23,219 nucleotides of DNA from Sulfolobus ellipsoid virus 1 and six more viruses of crenarchaea. The notes beneath the pieces are model-generated. The model saw nothing but the letters and a program-made list of their open reading frames with translations. It was not told the DNA's origin and searched no databases. The translations under genes and the position numbers were made by a program. The stretch covers positions 1 to 23,219 of the IMG/VR virus record IMGVR_UViG_2974561068_000001; one strand, written 5' to 3'. Of the stretch, positions 13,937 through 22,588 are shown piece after piece; positions within the stretch are counted from its first letter, which is position 1, and the number at the start of each line of letters is the position of its first letter.

Positions 13937-16381
13937 ATGCCTACTATCTGTAGTAATGTACCTACGTATTCTCTCTACGATGTAGCTAACTCTATAGGCG
14001 TTAATATACCTTCTGACGCTAAAAATGTTACATGTTTATCATGCGAATTATTAGCTTTACTTACGTGCACAAGTCAGAACTTAAACAATTTACTAATGCC
14101 TACTTTTACGCCAATAACAGAGAATAATGTATTTACAGTTTTACCTCAAAATAATGCTTTACTCTTTAACGCTATTAAAAAGTACTATAGGACATTAGGT
14201 AAGTTCTTTAAAAACGATGCTTTCTTCTACGCAATTTTATATGACTTATACAATTTAAGATATTACGGTATAACGATAACCAATAACGTAGTTAGTGGAT
14301 TATTTAACTTATTACAAAACGTGTTAACACAGTTTGCAAACTCACTAAACAATTTCTTTATTACATTAATGAATAACTATATCTCAGCTAACCCAGCTAA
14401 CGTAATGTACTATTTCTTTAATAATTTTTACCAGTTAACTGGATTAGTACCAAATGGGGCTTACTTAACTAGCTCTACTGGATCAAATTTCATTACGCCT
14501 AACCCATCTTTTTCTCCTAATCAAAACGGATACCCCTTTACCATCTTATTTCCTACTGTAATCTTACCTAATGGAAACCAAATGATAATAGGAGTGGGTA
14601 TAGGCTTTCAAGCTTACGGATATTTAACCAATACTAGCACTAGTACTAATACTTATTCACCTTATATACAGTACGCAGTAATGATAATACCATCAATTTT
14701 CGCTATAAAAGAGCCTACAGCTAACGTAATAATACTAAATTATCCTTATACTCAACCATCATCTTTTAATAGTTTCATCAACTCAAACTACAACGCTAAC
14801 ATACAATTCCACTTACCTATAATAAGTGTTTCAATATCATCTTTCTCATTAAGTAATTTAAGTAATAACCAGTTTTACACCCCTTACCAAATAGTAAGTT
14901 TAGTTAACGGTAATAATACACCTAACTCACAGACAGCGACAGACTCAGAGATATTAATGTTAGCTAACAATTTAGATTTAATAGTAACTTTTATGATGTT
15001 TCAACCAGCTTTTACAAATATACTTACTGGACAGCAATTAATACCTAATGTATCACAACCTAACTATACAGAAATTTATTGGGCATACCCCTCAACAAAT
15101 AATAAGATATATTCGGTATTAACACAAACTGGTTTAGTAGTCTATGGCGTTACTGGCTTAGTAGATTACTTTTCATCCATAGCCTCAGTTACAGCTATGA
15201 ATACACCATCTTATACTGGAGTAACCCAGACTAACTTATCAGTGCTAAATTGCTTTACCTATAATAATGTAAACTACTGTCTAGCTTTCAGCTCTAACCC
15301 GATAATTGCGACAGATAACTTAAACGTTCAAGTACCATCTTATATTTACGTAATACCTACAGACTCAATAAACTATAACTTAGCCACATCTTATTATACA
15401 ATATATAATAACTCATCTAGTACAATAACTTATCAAATAGAGAACACAGCAGTTTATGCCACACCTAGCACTTTCTTTTTTGGATCTCTAGTACCCAATA
15501 ACGTAGATATAACTGATATAGTCCATGCATGGTTTGATAATTTCTATCAGAATGTGCTAATACTGTTCTATGCCCCTAATTATTTTGTACAAACATTATC
15601 ACAAATACCACCTAAAAATAGTGTTACGACTATTTCGATAGCTTTTCCGAATAACAATCCCCAATTAATAAGTGAACTAAGTTTCAGTGCCTTATCCTTT
15701 ATTTTGCAATCATACTTACAAGGTCTAATAAGTTTTCAATATGTAGTTTTACCCACTTTCCAATTCTTCCCATCTATTAAGATAAACAATCAACTATATA
15801 GTAACGTATATCTACAGTTAGATGCTAATAGCGTTACCATTACGCCATCTGGAGTATCATCTCCAGCAGGTATATTATGGAATGGTTCATCTTTCGTTAT
15901 TATAGAGCCAAATACTACGATAGCCTCTACATCATCTCTTAATATGATATATAGTTCAGATATCTGGAGTACTGATAATATAGAAGCTAATAATGTGCCA
16001 GTAAATGTATTTTCAACATTAAGCCCACCACAACCTAAACAGTATGGCTATATATTAGATATAACAACTAGCACAACTATACAACCTTACGGAGGTCAGT
16101 TTAATGGTTATATTGTAGACTCAAGTAATGAACAGTTATATCAAGGAACAATAACAATTAATAGCCCTAATAACCAGTCTCAACTAATCTATTATTACCC
16201 AGTAGAAACTTTCGTAACACAGTCTGGATCTGTAATCGTAGATACTAGTAGTATATTTCCATCAACTGTTACCATACAAACTATTAATGGGTTAGAACTA
16301 TTAGCTATATTAGGAGTAATAGCAGGAGGTGCAGGAGTGGCTTACTATAAAAAACATAAAAAGGAGATGAAACATGAGTAG
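13937..16381 (+). CDS. Large spike-like protein with C-terminal TM, 814 aa; paralog of 16374..18299
   Basis: C-terminal LELLAILGVIAGGAGVAYY plus basic tail; about 200 C-terminal residues align with the next ORF; N-terminal CxxC. Confidence 0.85.
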   Translation: MPTICSNVPTYSLYDVANSIGVNIPSDAKNVTCLSCELLALLTCTSQNLNNLLMPTFTPITENNVFTVLPQNNALLFNAIKKYYRTLGKFFKNDAFFYAILYDLYNLRYYGITITNNVVSGLFNLLQNVLTQFANSLNNFFITLMNNYISANPANVMYYFFNNFYQLTGLVPNGAYLTSSTGSNFITPNPSFSPNQNGYPFTILFPTVILPNGNQMIIGVGIGFQAYGYLTNTSTSTNTYSPYIQYAVMIIPSIFAIKEPTANVIILNYPYTQPSSFNSFINSNYNANIQFHLPIISVSISSFSLSNLSNNQFYTPYQIVSLVNGNNTPNSQTATDSEILMLANNLDLIVTFMMFQPAFTNILTGQQLIPNVSQPNYTEIYWAYPSTNNKIYSVLTQTGLVVYGVTGLVDYFSSIASVTAMNTPSYTGVTQTNLSVLNCFTYNNVNYCLAFSSNPIIATDNLNVQVPSYIYVIPTDSINYNLATSYYTIYNNSSSTITYQIENTAVYATPSTFFFGSLVPNNVDITDIVHAWFDNFYQNVLILFYAPNYFVQTLSQIPPKNSVTTISIAFPNNNPQLISELSFSALSFILQSYLQGLISFQYVVLPTFQFFPSIKINNQLYSNVYLQLDANSVTITPSGVSSPAGILWNGSSFVIIEPNTTIASTSSLNMIYSSDIWSTDNIEANNVPVNVFSTLSPPQPKQYGYILDITTSTTIQPYGGQFNGYIVDSSNEQLYQGTITINSPNNQSQLIYYYPVETFVTQSGSVIVDTSSIFPSTVTIQTINGLELLAILGVIAGGAGVAYYKKHKKEMKHE

Positions 16382-18299
16382 CGTATTTACATCTTGTGTA
16401 GAGGGAGCAGTAACTGGATTTGCAATATCATCTATGTTAGTGTCTTTAGGAATTGTAGCCGTGGGAGTACCACCTGTAGCCGTAGCTTTAGGAATAATAT
16501 TAGGTGCGACAGCTTTCGGATGTGCAATTTTTACATTAGCCAATCAACACGCTATACAGAGTACATCAGCTTTAACTGTAGAAGCATTAATTACAGCTTT
16601 AGTAGCAGAACAGAATGACATTAACGACTTAATGACTGACCTAAACAACTTCTTATCATATTTATATAACAATGCACAAACTATTACTAAAGGTATACAG
16701 TACGACATCTTATGGATAGTAGCGACTAGTATTAATCAACCCTTATACGCAGTATTAAACTATGTAGAGAAATACGCACAGTTATTTACGGGTAATTTAG
16801 TATCAGCTTATCAAAAGTTTTTCCAATCGTTAGTTAATTCAATATATGGTTTATTTAACACTATAAACGCCAGTTACTCAGTTATCCAAAATGTACCTTT
16901 TACATTTAATGGGGTAACAGTATACCCTACTCAACTAGAAGACGCGGGTTTACTAGTATACGAAACACAACTATTAGGTCAGAATATATACGTACCTTTT
17001 GGGTTCTACATTAAAGACACTCTAAACAATATTTACATGTACTTATTTTCACAGTTACCATCTGGTAATTATTACTTATATTCCAGCGTAACAAACAGTG
17101 CTTACAATAATAGCATAACCTATAATTATTTTGTAGGGTTCTTAAACTATAAATACCTAATAGATCCCCTTAGTGGGCTATTAATAGGCAGAGCATTAAA
17201 TACTGGTAGTGTCCCCTCTGGAGCATCTGGAAATGGGATGACTTTTGATAATGTACAACTAGACTATCCTTATTCATACACTGGAGGATTTATAGATACT
17301 AACGCTAACTCAATATTCATACTAATACCTACTACATCTTCTGGAGATACAGTTAACATATATTTCGAATACTACAATAATGGAATAACATTTTACGGTT
17401 TCAATTACGAAAACCAGACAGTAGCGTTTTCATGGGCTCTTAACGTATATAATTACATCAATTTCCTAAACAATTTCTTTAACCAGATAAGTAATTTCGC
17501 CACACAGATCTACAACTTATTACAGTCCAATGGTATAACTAACCCTACTCAAGCAATACAGTATTTAGGTCTAGGAGCTATAAACTTAGCATTTCCATCA
17601 TGTAACCCCTCTTATATTTATGAAAATAATATAGTTCAACAGTTCCTAAATGCCTTACTAAGTCAGCAAAAACTACAACTAAACACTAACCTCAACTTAG
17701 TATTTCCTAATTTCATATACTCCTCTTCAGTTACTATTAACGGACAGACATATCAAGATGCCTATATCCAATTATTTGATCCAGAGTTAACTTTACCTAA
17801 TACAACACAATACGGAGGATGGTTATACTTACCTAATAACAATCAAGTAATACCGATAGCACCTAATACTTATATTAAGACTTCTAACCCTAAAAGATGG
17901 TCTTTAGACATATGGTATCCAGATAACCAAATAAGCGAATGCCAAATAGTACCAGTAACAGAATTCCAATCTATCAATCCTAATCCACAGAACACAGAAG
18001 GGTTTATACTAAACGTTAACAATACAACAGTAATAAGTAATACTCAGACTTTCAATAACGCCTATATAGTAAGTAATACAGCTACTATATTATATAAAGG
18101 TACAATAACTGTAACAGAATCAACTCCTATAACTTATGTTCCAGCACAGTTAGCTTATCAAGTCTTCTACGGAAATGAGATAACAGATACATCTCAGATA
18201 ATACAACAAACCCCATCAACAAGCTATTTAGTAGTCTTACTAATACTATTATTAATAGGTGTAGCAGTTGGTAAGAAAATTAACAAAAAGAGAACTTAA
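16374..18299 (+). CDS. Large spike-like protein with N-terminal hydrophobic hairpin and C-terminal TM, 641 aa; candidate fusogen
   Basis: Residues 8-55 are a Cys-flanked Gly/Ala/Val hairpin with a PP kink, followed by helical heptad-like regions and beta domains, ending YLVVLLILLLIGVAV-GKKINKKRT. Confidence 0.85.
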   Translation: MSSVFTSCVEGAVTGFAISSMLVSLGIVAVGVPPVAVALGIILGATAFGCAIFTLANQHAIQSTSALTVEALITALVAEQNDINDLMTDLNNFLSYLYNNAQTITKGIQYDILWIVATSINQPLYAVLNYVEKYAQLFTGNLVSAYQKFFQSLVNSIYGLFNTINASYSVIQNVPFTFNGVTVYPTQLEDAGLLVYETQLLGQNIYVPFGFYIKDTLNNIYMYLFSQLPSGNYYLYSSVTNSAYNNSITYNYFVGFLNYKYLIDPLSGLLIGRALNTGSVPSGASGNGMTFDNVQLDYPYSYTGGFIDTNANSIFILIPTTSSGDTVNIYFEYYNNGITFYGFNYENQTVAFSWALNVYNYINFLNNFFNQISNFATQIYNLLQSNGITNPTQAIQYLGLGAINLAFPSCNPSYIYENNIVQQFLNALLSQQKLQLNTNLNLVFPNFIYSSSVTINGQTYQDAYIQLFDPELTLPNTTQYGGWLYLPNNNQVIPIAPNTYIKTSNPKRWSLDIWYPDNQISECQIVPVTEFQSINPNPQNTEGFILNVNNTTVISNTQTFNNAYIVSNTATILYKGTITVTESTPITYVPAQLAYQVFYGNEITDTSQIIQQTPSTSYLVVLLILLLIGVAVGKKINKKRT

Positions 18300-18404
18300 C
18301 CAGTTTATAGGGGCTATATCTCAAACATACAATACTGTTAAAAATGATCCCGTAAAAAGCAAAAGATTAAAAAGGATCTTAACGAAAACACTCAAAAAAA
18401 TAAG

Positions 18405-18602
18405 TTACCTTTTAGAAGAGTAATAAAAAACCCTAACCTGTCCGTTTTTTTGCCACGTTATCGTTTCCTCATGTTTATTTACGATAACTACAGCACCTAA
18501 AGATTTCATAATAATGTGGTCTCCCTCGTCCTCAACCTCTTTCGGATAAAAAATAATTCCTTTAGATTTCAAAAAAGCTAATGCTTTTTCTTGATTAATC
18601 AT
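18405..18602 (-). CDS. Hypothetical protein, 65 aa
   Basis: SD GAGGT upstream; last sizeable gene of the leftward operon. Confidence 0.75.
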   Translation of the reverse strand: MINQEKALAFLKSKGIIFYPKEVEDEGDHIIMKSLGAVVIVNKHEETITWQKNGQVRVFYYSSKR

Positions 18603-18696
18603 TAAAATCGACCTCTATAACTTCTATTGGCTTTAAATCCCAAAAAATTTTACCTTTAACCACACGACCCGTATTTTTAGCTATATAGATTTTCAT
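18595..18696 (-). CDS. Possible small protein, 33 aa, absent from the track (MKIYIAKNTGRVVKGKIFWDLKPIEVIEVDFND)
   Basis: Hand translation; fills the gap between 18717 and 18602; its stop overlaps the ATG of the 65-aa ORF. Confidence 0.5.
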   Translation of the reverse strand: MKIYIAKNTGRVVKGKIFWDLKPIEVIEVDFND

Positions 18697-18716
18697 GGCT
18701 AAGATATTTAAGATTA

Positions 18717-19031
18717 TTAAACTACAGACTCTTCCGAAAGTAATTTACCTTCTTTCTTTATCTTTTCGTATCTCCTAATCATGGATTTAACGTAAGCCCT
18801 ACATGTCTTAGGTACCCTTCTAAAATCCCTTATCTGTCCATTTCTAAACATAATAGCATACTTAACAGCTATCCTATTCTTAATATGTGCGTTCATATGA
18901 ACACTTAAATTAGAAAAATAAAAACCACATAAAGGGCATTCATAAAAAACTATACCTTTATATAAATAACGCTTAGCGTGAATGTAAAAATGATTAGAGT
19001 TAACCTCTGTTTTGCATATCGGACATATCAT
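18717..19031 (-). CDS. Tandem C2H2-type zinc-finger protein, 104 aa
   Basis: CPIC...H..H and CPLC-x9-HMNAH, followed by a basic helical C-terminus. Confidence 0.85.
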   Translation of the reverse strand: MICPICKTEVNSNHFYIHAKRYLYKGIVFYECPLCGFYFSNLSVHMNAHIKNRIAVKYAIMFRNGQIRDFRRVPKTCRAYVKSMIRRYEKIKKEGKLLSEESVV

Positions 19032-19362
19032 TCTTAATTTCTCTCCACCTTCTTAATATTAACCGAGCACTTTTATATATTCTCTCCCTATTATCAGCAC
19101 CACTAAAAGCTCTTAAAAACATGTATACGTCATCGTAACTAGCTCCTTGAGCCATTAGTTCTAAAACCAGAATGTTATAACCTTTTAACGTCCCTCCTAA
19201 GTGTGCCATCAAATGAGCAGACAGTTCGTATTTATTTCCAGCCAAATAAGGACACAGAGGACACTCTAAATAACCCTTATGCTTAACAGCATGAGTCATT
19301 ATATGACCCGGTTTATTGTAAATACCTTTACAAATAGGACATAATGGCACTTTATTCACCAT
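19000..19362 (-). CDS. Tandem C2H2 zinc-finger protein, 120 aa
   Basis: Two canonical fingers: CPIC-x12-HAVKH and CPLC-x12-HLMAH. Confidence 0.9.
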   Translation of the reverse strand: MVNKVPLCPICKGIYNKPGHIMTHAVKHKGYLECPLCPYLAGNKYELSAHLMAHLGGTLKGYNILVLELMAQGASYDDVYMFLRAFSGADNRERIYKSARLILRRWREIKNDMSDMQNRG

Positions 19363-19570
19363 CTACTAATGTATATATCCTATAACCCTTTAACCACTTT
19401 TTGTAAATCCTTATCTTTCCATTTATTATAAAAAACCTATCATGCTCTTGAAGATCCTTTACCCTTATTAGGTAATAAATCCCGTTAGACTGATAACCCA
19501 TAATAAAAATGGGCATCTCTTTATACCTTTTTAACATTTCTAACCTTTTCTCTACGATTTCCTCTTTCAT
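19352..19570 (-). CDS. Hypothetical protein, about 72 aa (MKEEIVEKRL...)
   Basis: ATG 19570 preferred to track 19654: TTTATAA at 19606-19612 and leader TTTTTGGGGTTATAAAATG, almost identical to that of 22581..22910. Confidence 0.7.
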   Translation of the reverse strand: MKEEIVEKRLEMLKRYKEMPIFIMGYQSNGIYYLIRVKDLQEHDRFFIINGKIRIYKKWLKGYRIYTLVDGE

Positions 19571-19675
19571 TTTATAACCCCAAAAACTATAGTGCTTTTT
19601 TAGCTTATAAAAATTTGGTAGGTAGTCTAAAGATTTAAAAATAAGCGTTACCATACTTTTTTAGGTGTATAAAAA

Positions 19676-20032
19676 ATGAGTGATAACCTAAGTCAGGATG
19701 ATTTACGCGTTCTCGGAAAAATAATCAAGTTAGAAAGACCTTATGAGTGTGGTCCTATAGAGTATAAAAGGTACTACTTTTACCCATGTTTAGAGGATAC
19801 TGGATCCTATATCATAACAGCGACTGACCCATCTCAAGTAATAGAAGATGAGGACATTATGGAATTGGTAAAATATAACTACTCATTAGAACTAGTAGTA
19901 GTTGAACCTTACGATGAACAGCAGGTAAAATTACTTAAAAGAAACAAAAGGAGATACGCCACAATAGTTAACGGTAGACTTATCGAGAACAGACTAAAGT
20001 ACTTAGGTGTCAAAATTGGCAAACCCTCTTAA
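19676..20032 (+). CDS. Hypothetical protein, 118 aa; first gene of the replication operon
   Basis: TTTAAAAA at 19634-19641, SD AGGTG; acidic and Tyr-rich. Confidence 0.85.
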   Translation: MSDNLSQDDLRVLGKIIKLERPYECGPIEYKRYYFYPCLEDTGSYIITATDPSQVIEDEDIMELVKYNYSLELVVVEPYDEQQVKLLKRNKRRYATIVNGRLIENRLKYLGVKIGKPS

Positions 20033-20588
20033 CAGAGTTAAGTCTTTTTTTTCCCGTGTAGCTAAAACAATAAGCGAAAGCCCGATAGGTAAAGCCTTTA
20101 GAGCAATAGGAGAAAAGATAGGAATAATTAAACCAAAACCACCACCTCCCCCTCCTAAACCTCCCACAATTACACCATTAAAGACTCCAGCAAAACCACC
20201 CACAGTTACACCATTAAAAACACCTACACCTCCTAAACCTCCCACAGTTACCCCTCCTAAACCTCCTACACCTCCTAAACCAGTTACCCCTCCTAAAGTT
20301 ACTCCCACAATTACCCCAGTAAGAGCAGTACCTTTTAGACCTAGAAAAGTGACTTACCAATTGATAATCGCCACATGCGTTAGAATAATACAAACCAGAT
20401 ATGGTAAAGTTAAGTTAATAATACTTTATTCTGAAGTTGTAAGACCTACTGAGAACTTATACGATAAGATAAGCCAATTAAGAGGGATAAACTGTCATGA
20501 CTTTAAAGTTTACACTTTTGATCATTTACCCACTAGAGACGATATAGAGAGAGCTTTAGCAAATTACCTATACCACACTCCCCTATAG
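20016..20588 (+). CDS. Proline-rich protein with N-terminal amphipathic helices (about 190 aa), directly upstream of pPolB
   Basis: The track GTG 20007 lies within SD AGGTG (20005-20009), so TTG 20016 is the likely start. Central PPKPPT(V/I)TP repeats; stop abuts the pol start. Confidence 0.85.
   Translation: MANPLNRVKSFFSRVAKTISESPIGKAFRAIGEKIGIIKPKPPPPPPKPPTITPLKTPAKPPTVTPLKTPTPPKPPTVTPPKPPTPPKPVTPPKVTPTITPVRAVPFRPRKVTYQLIIATCVRIIQTRYGKVKLIILYSEVVRPTENLYDKISQLRGINCHDFKVYTFDHLPTRDDIERALANYLYHTPL
20130..20321 (+). repeat. Degenerate coding tandem repeats, PPKPPT(I/V)TP(LKT)
   Basis: Repeated nucleotide units such as CCTAAACCTCCCACA(A/G)TTAC and TTACACCATTAAA. Confidence 0.85.
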
Positions 20589-22588
20589 TGATGCCTATGG
20601 ATTACGCCTATAAACAGTTCACATATGACTCTGAGGCGTGGCGTATACCAAATAGGGCTATGAAAAAAGAAATACAGAAATTCGCTATAGCGTGTTTATA
20701 TGACGGAAAAAGTTCAATGATACTTAACAGTCCAGAAGAAGTAGCTAATACGTTTATCAAAATACTAAACTACTATAAAAGAGCCATTATATGGGCTCAT
20801 AACTGGCGTTACGATATAAGTTTAATAGATGAGGTATTCTTAAGAAAAGCATATGAAAACGGATTAATGGCTTCTATCCCTAGGCAGGATCCATTTTATA
20901 TATTCCTAAAGAAAGGTGACCATATCTTACTATTTAACGATACTACTAACTTCTTTAAAGGCGTATCACTCAAAAAACTAGCAGAACTATTTAATACGAA
21001 ACACAGAAAGACCTTTACAGAAAGAGACTATAAGATGAGTGCTAAGAAATGGAATGAGATGATAGCATTCCATAAAAATAAAGTAATAGAGGGAGTTAAG
21101 GCAGACGCTATAACCCTTTATGAGGTAGTGCGTGAAATGCAAAAATACTTTAAACAAATACATAAGGACCTTCATACTAAGTTCATTTATTCAAACATAA
21201 GCATACCACAAATAGCCTTTAGATTAGCTAAAAGAGCTATCTACGAAAAACTGACAGAAAAATACGGAAAGAAAAAAGGAGTAGATAAACTAAGGTGGAT
21301 GTTCTCCCACCACTTTAAAGAGGAAAGAATTAAAATAAACGAAACAGTACTAGAGTCATATTACGGTGGGAGAGTAGAAGCGTTTATCCTTAATTATAAG
21401 CCAGAGTACTTAAGAGTGTTAGATGTTAATTCCTTATACCCCTACGTTATGCGTTCATTTCCTTACCCCACTGTGCCTAGCCAAAACAAAACAGAAACGT
21501 TTATAGCAGATGTAAAATATGAGTGCAAAAAGTGGTCCAGAGTATTACCAGTTATAACTAAATACGAATTCGATGACGGAGAGATAATAACAGAAGTGTA
21601 TACAGATAAGCGTAAAATGACCAGTGTAGAAGTTAAGATGATAGAGGAAAGCCCAGACTGTAAAATCATAAGTATAGAAAATCCGATATATTTCGAAAGT
21701 GAAATACTGTTCAACAACTTTATCGATTACCTATATAGGATAAAACAAGAGGCTACTGAAAAGATGCTTAAGGTACCTAAAGATAGCGATGAGTACTATA
21801 AGTACAAAATACTCAGAGAGACAGCTAAGTTAATCATGAACTCCAGCTACGGTAAATTCGGACAGCATAAACAAAGGTCCAAAATATACCTAGTAGATGA
21901 GTACTTAAGTAAACTTGATACTACTGGAAAGCTAATCATAAGGGCATTAATAGACCAAAAGATTAAAGATGTAGATGAAAACGCGATTTTTGAGTATAAC
22001 GGAAAGAAACATACAGTGTTAGGAAAGAGCCTTATAAGTATAGTAGAAGACGCTAAACCAGAGTACCATGTACCTATCGCGAGTTTCGTTACAGCTTACG
22101 CTCGCCTAGTCTTATACCAATTAATAGAAAAAGCAGGGAAAGAGAACGTATTTTACGGGGATACCGATTCGATATTTACGAATGATAACGGATATTATAA
22201 CTTAAGAAATGAACTAAGCGATACTGAATTAGGTAAGCTAAAGTTAGAAGAGGATAAGAGTGGTTACTTAAAGATATTCGGTAAAAAGTATTACCTAAAA
22301 TTCGATGAATACGGAAACGTAATAGACTATACGATTAAGGGTATATACCAATTCGATATAGAAAAGGCTATAAGAGAGGGTAATAAGCTAATCCTAAAAG
22401 ATGATAAAGGAGAGATCCACATTAATATAGAAACTGGAGAGGCTATAGGATATCAAATTAAAAGACATGTGGGAGAAAACCAGTTCATATTTGAGGACCA
22501 CCCAATAAACTTAACCCCAAAAAAGAGGTTATATTACGTAAAAGAGGGTCACTTAGAGATAGGTTACCCATTAGAAAAAGTCATTTAA
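20588..22588 (+). CDS. polB: Protein-primed family B DNA polymerase, 666 aa
   Basis: ExoI YDSE, ExoII HNWRYD, YYGGR, motif A LDVNSLYP, motif B KLIMNSSYGKF, TAYAR, motif C YGDTDS, KKY; TPR1- and TPR2-like insertions. The start could also be ATG 20591 or 20597. Confidence 0.97.
   Translation: MMPMDYAYKQFTYDSEAWRIPNRAMKKEIQKFAIACLYDGKSSMILNSPEEVANTFIKILNYYKRAIIWAHNWRYDISLIDEVFLRKAYENGLMASIPRQDPFYIFLKKGDHILLFNDTTNFFKGVSLKKLAELFNTKHRKTFTERDYKMSAKKWNEMIAFHKNKVIEGVKADAITLYEVVREMQKYFKQIHKDLHTKFIYSNISIPQIAFRLAKRAIYEKLTEKYGKKKGVDKLRWMFSHHFKEERIKINETVLESYYGGRVEAFILNYKPEYLRVLDVNSLYPYVMRSFPYPTVPSQNKTETFIADVKYECKKWSRVLPVITKYEFDDGEIITEVYTDKRKMTSVEVKMIEESPDCKIISIENPIYFESEILFNNFIDYLYRIKQEATEKMLKVPKDSDEYYKYKILRETAKLIMNSSYGKFGQHKQRSKIYLVDEYLSKLDTTGKLIIRALIDQKIKDVDENAIFEYNGKKHTVLGKSLISIVEDAKPEYHVPIASFVTAYARLVLYQLIEKAGKENVFYGDTDSIFTNDNGYYNLRNELSDTELGKLKLEEDKSGYLKIFGKKYYLKFDEYGNVIDYTIKGIYQFDIEKAIREGNKLILKDDKGEIHINIETGEAIGYQIKRHVGENQFIFEDHPINLTPKKRLYYVKEGHLEIGYPLEKVI

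Noticed and set aside
16310-16618. ORFs 16310..16543 (-) and 16394..16618 (+)
   Set aside because: Antisense or alternate-frame products of the Gly/Ala/Val-rich junction of the two spike genes.
19990-20032. Programmed +1 frameshift joining the 118-aa and Pro-rich ORFs
   Set aside because: The overlap is explained by SD AGGTG plus a TTG start at 20016; no convincing slippery site or stimulator.
20003-20308. Gly-rich 101-aa minus-strand ORF
   Set aside because: Mirror of the proline repeat (CCN read as NGG/GGN); lack of stops is explained by the repeat.
20130-20321. CRISPR-like or non-coding repeat array
   Set aside because: The repeats are degenerate, in frame and without unique spacers; they encode a Pro-rich linker. 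No CRISPR array or tRNA was seen anywhere.
20987-21717. Minus-strand ORFs 20987..21175 and 21463..21717
   Set aside because: Antisense to the conserved polymerase; no expression signals.
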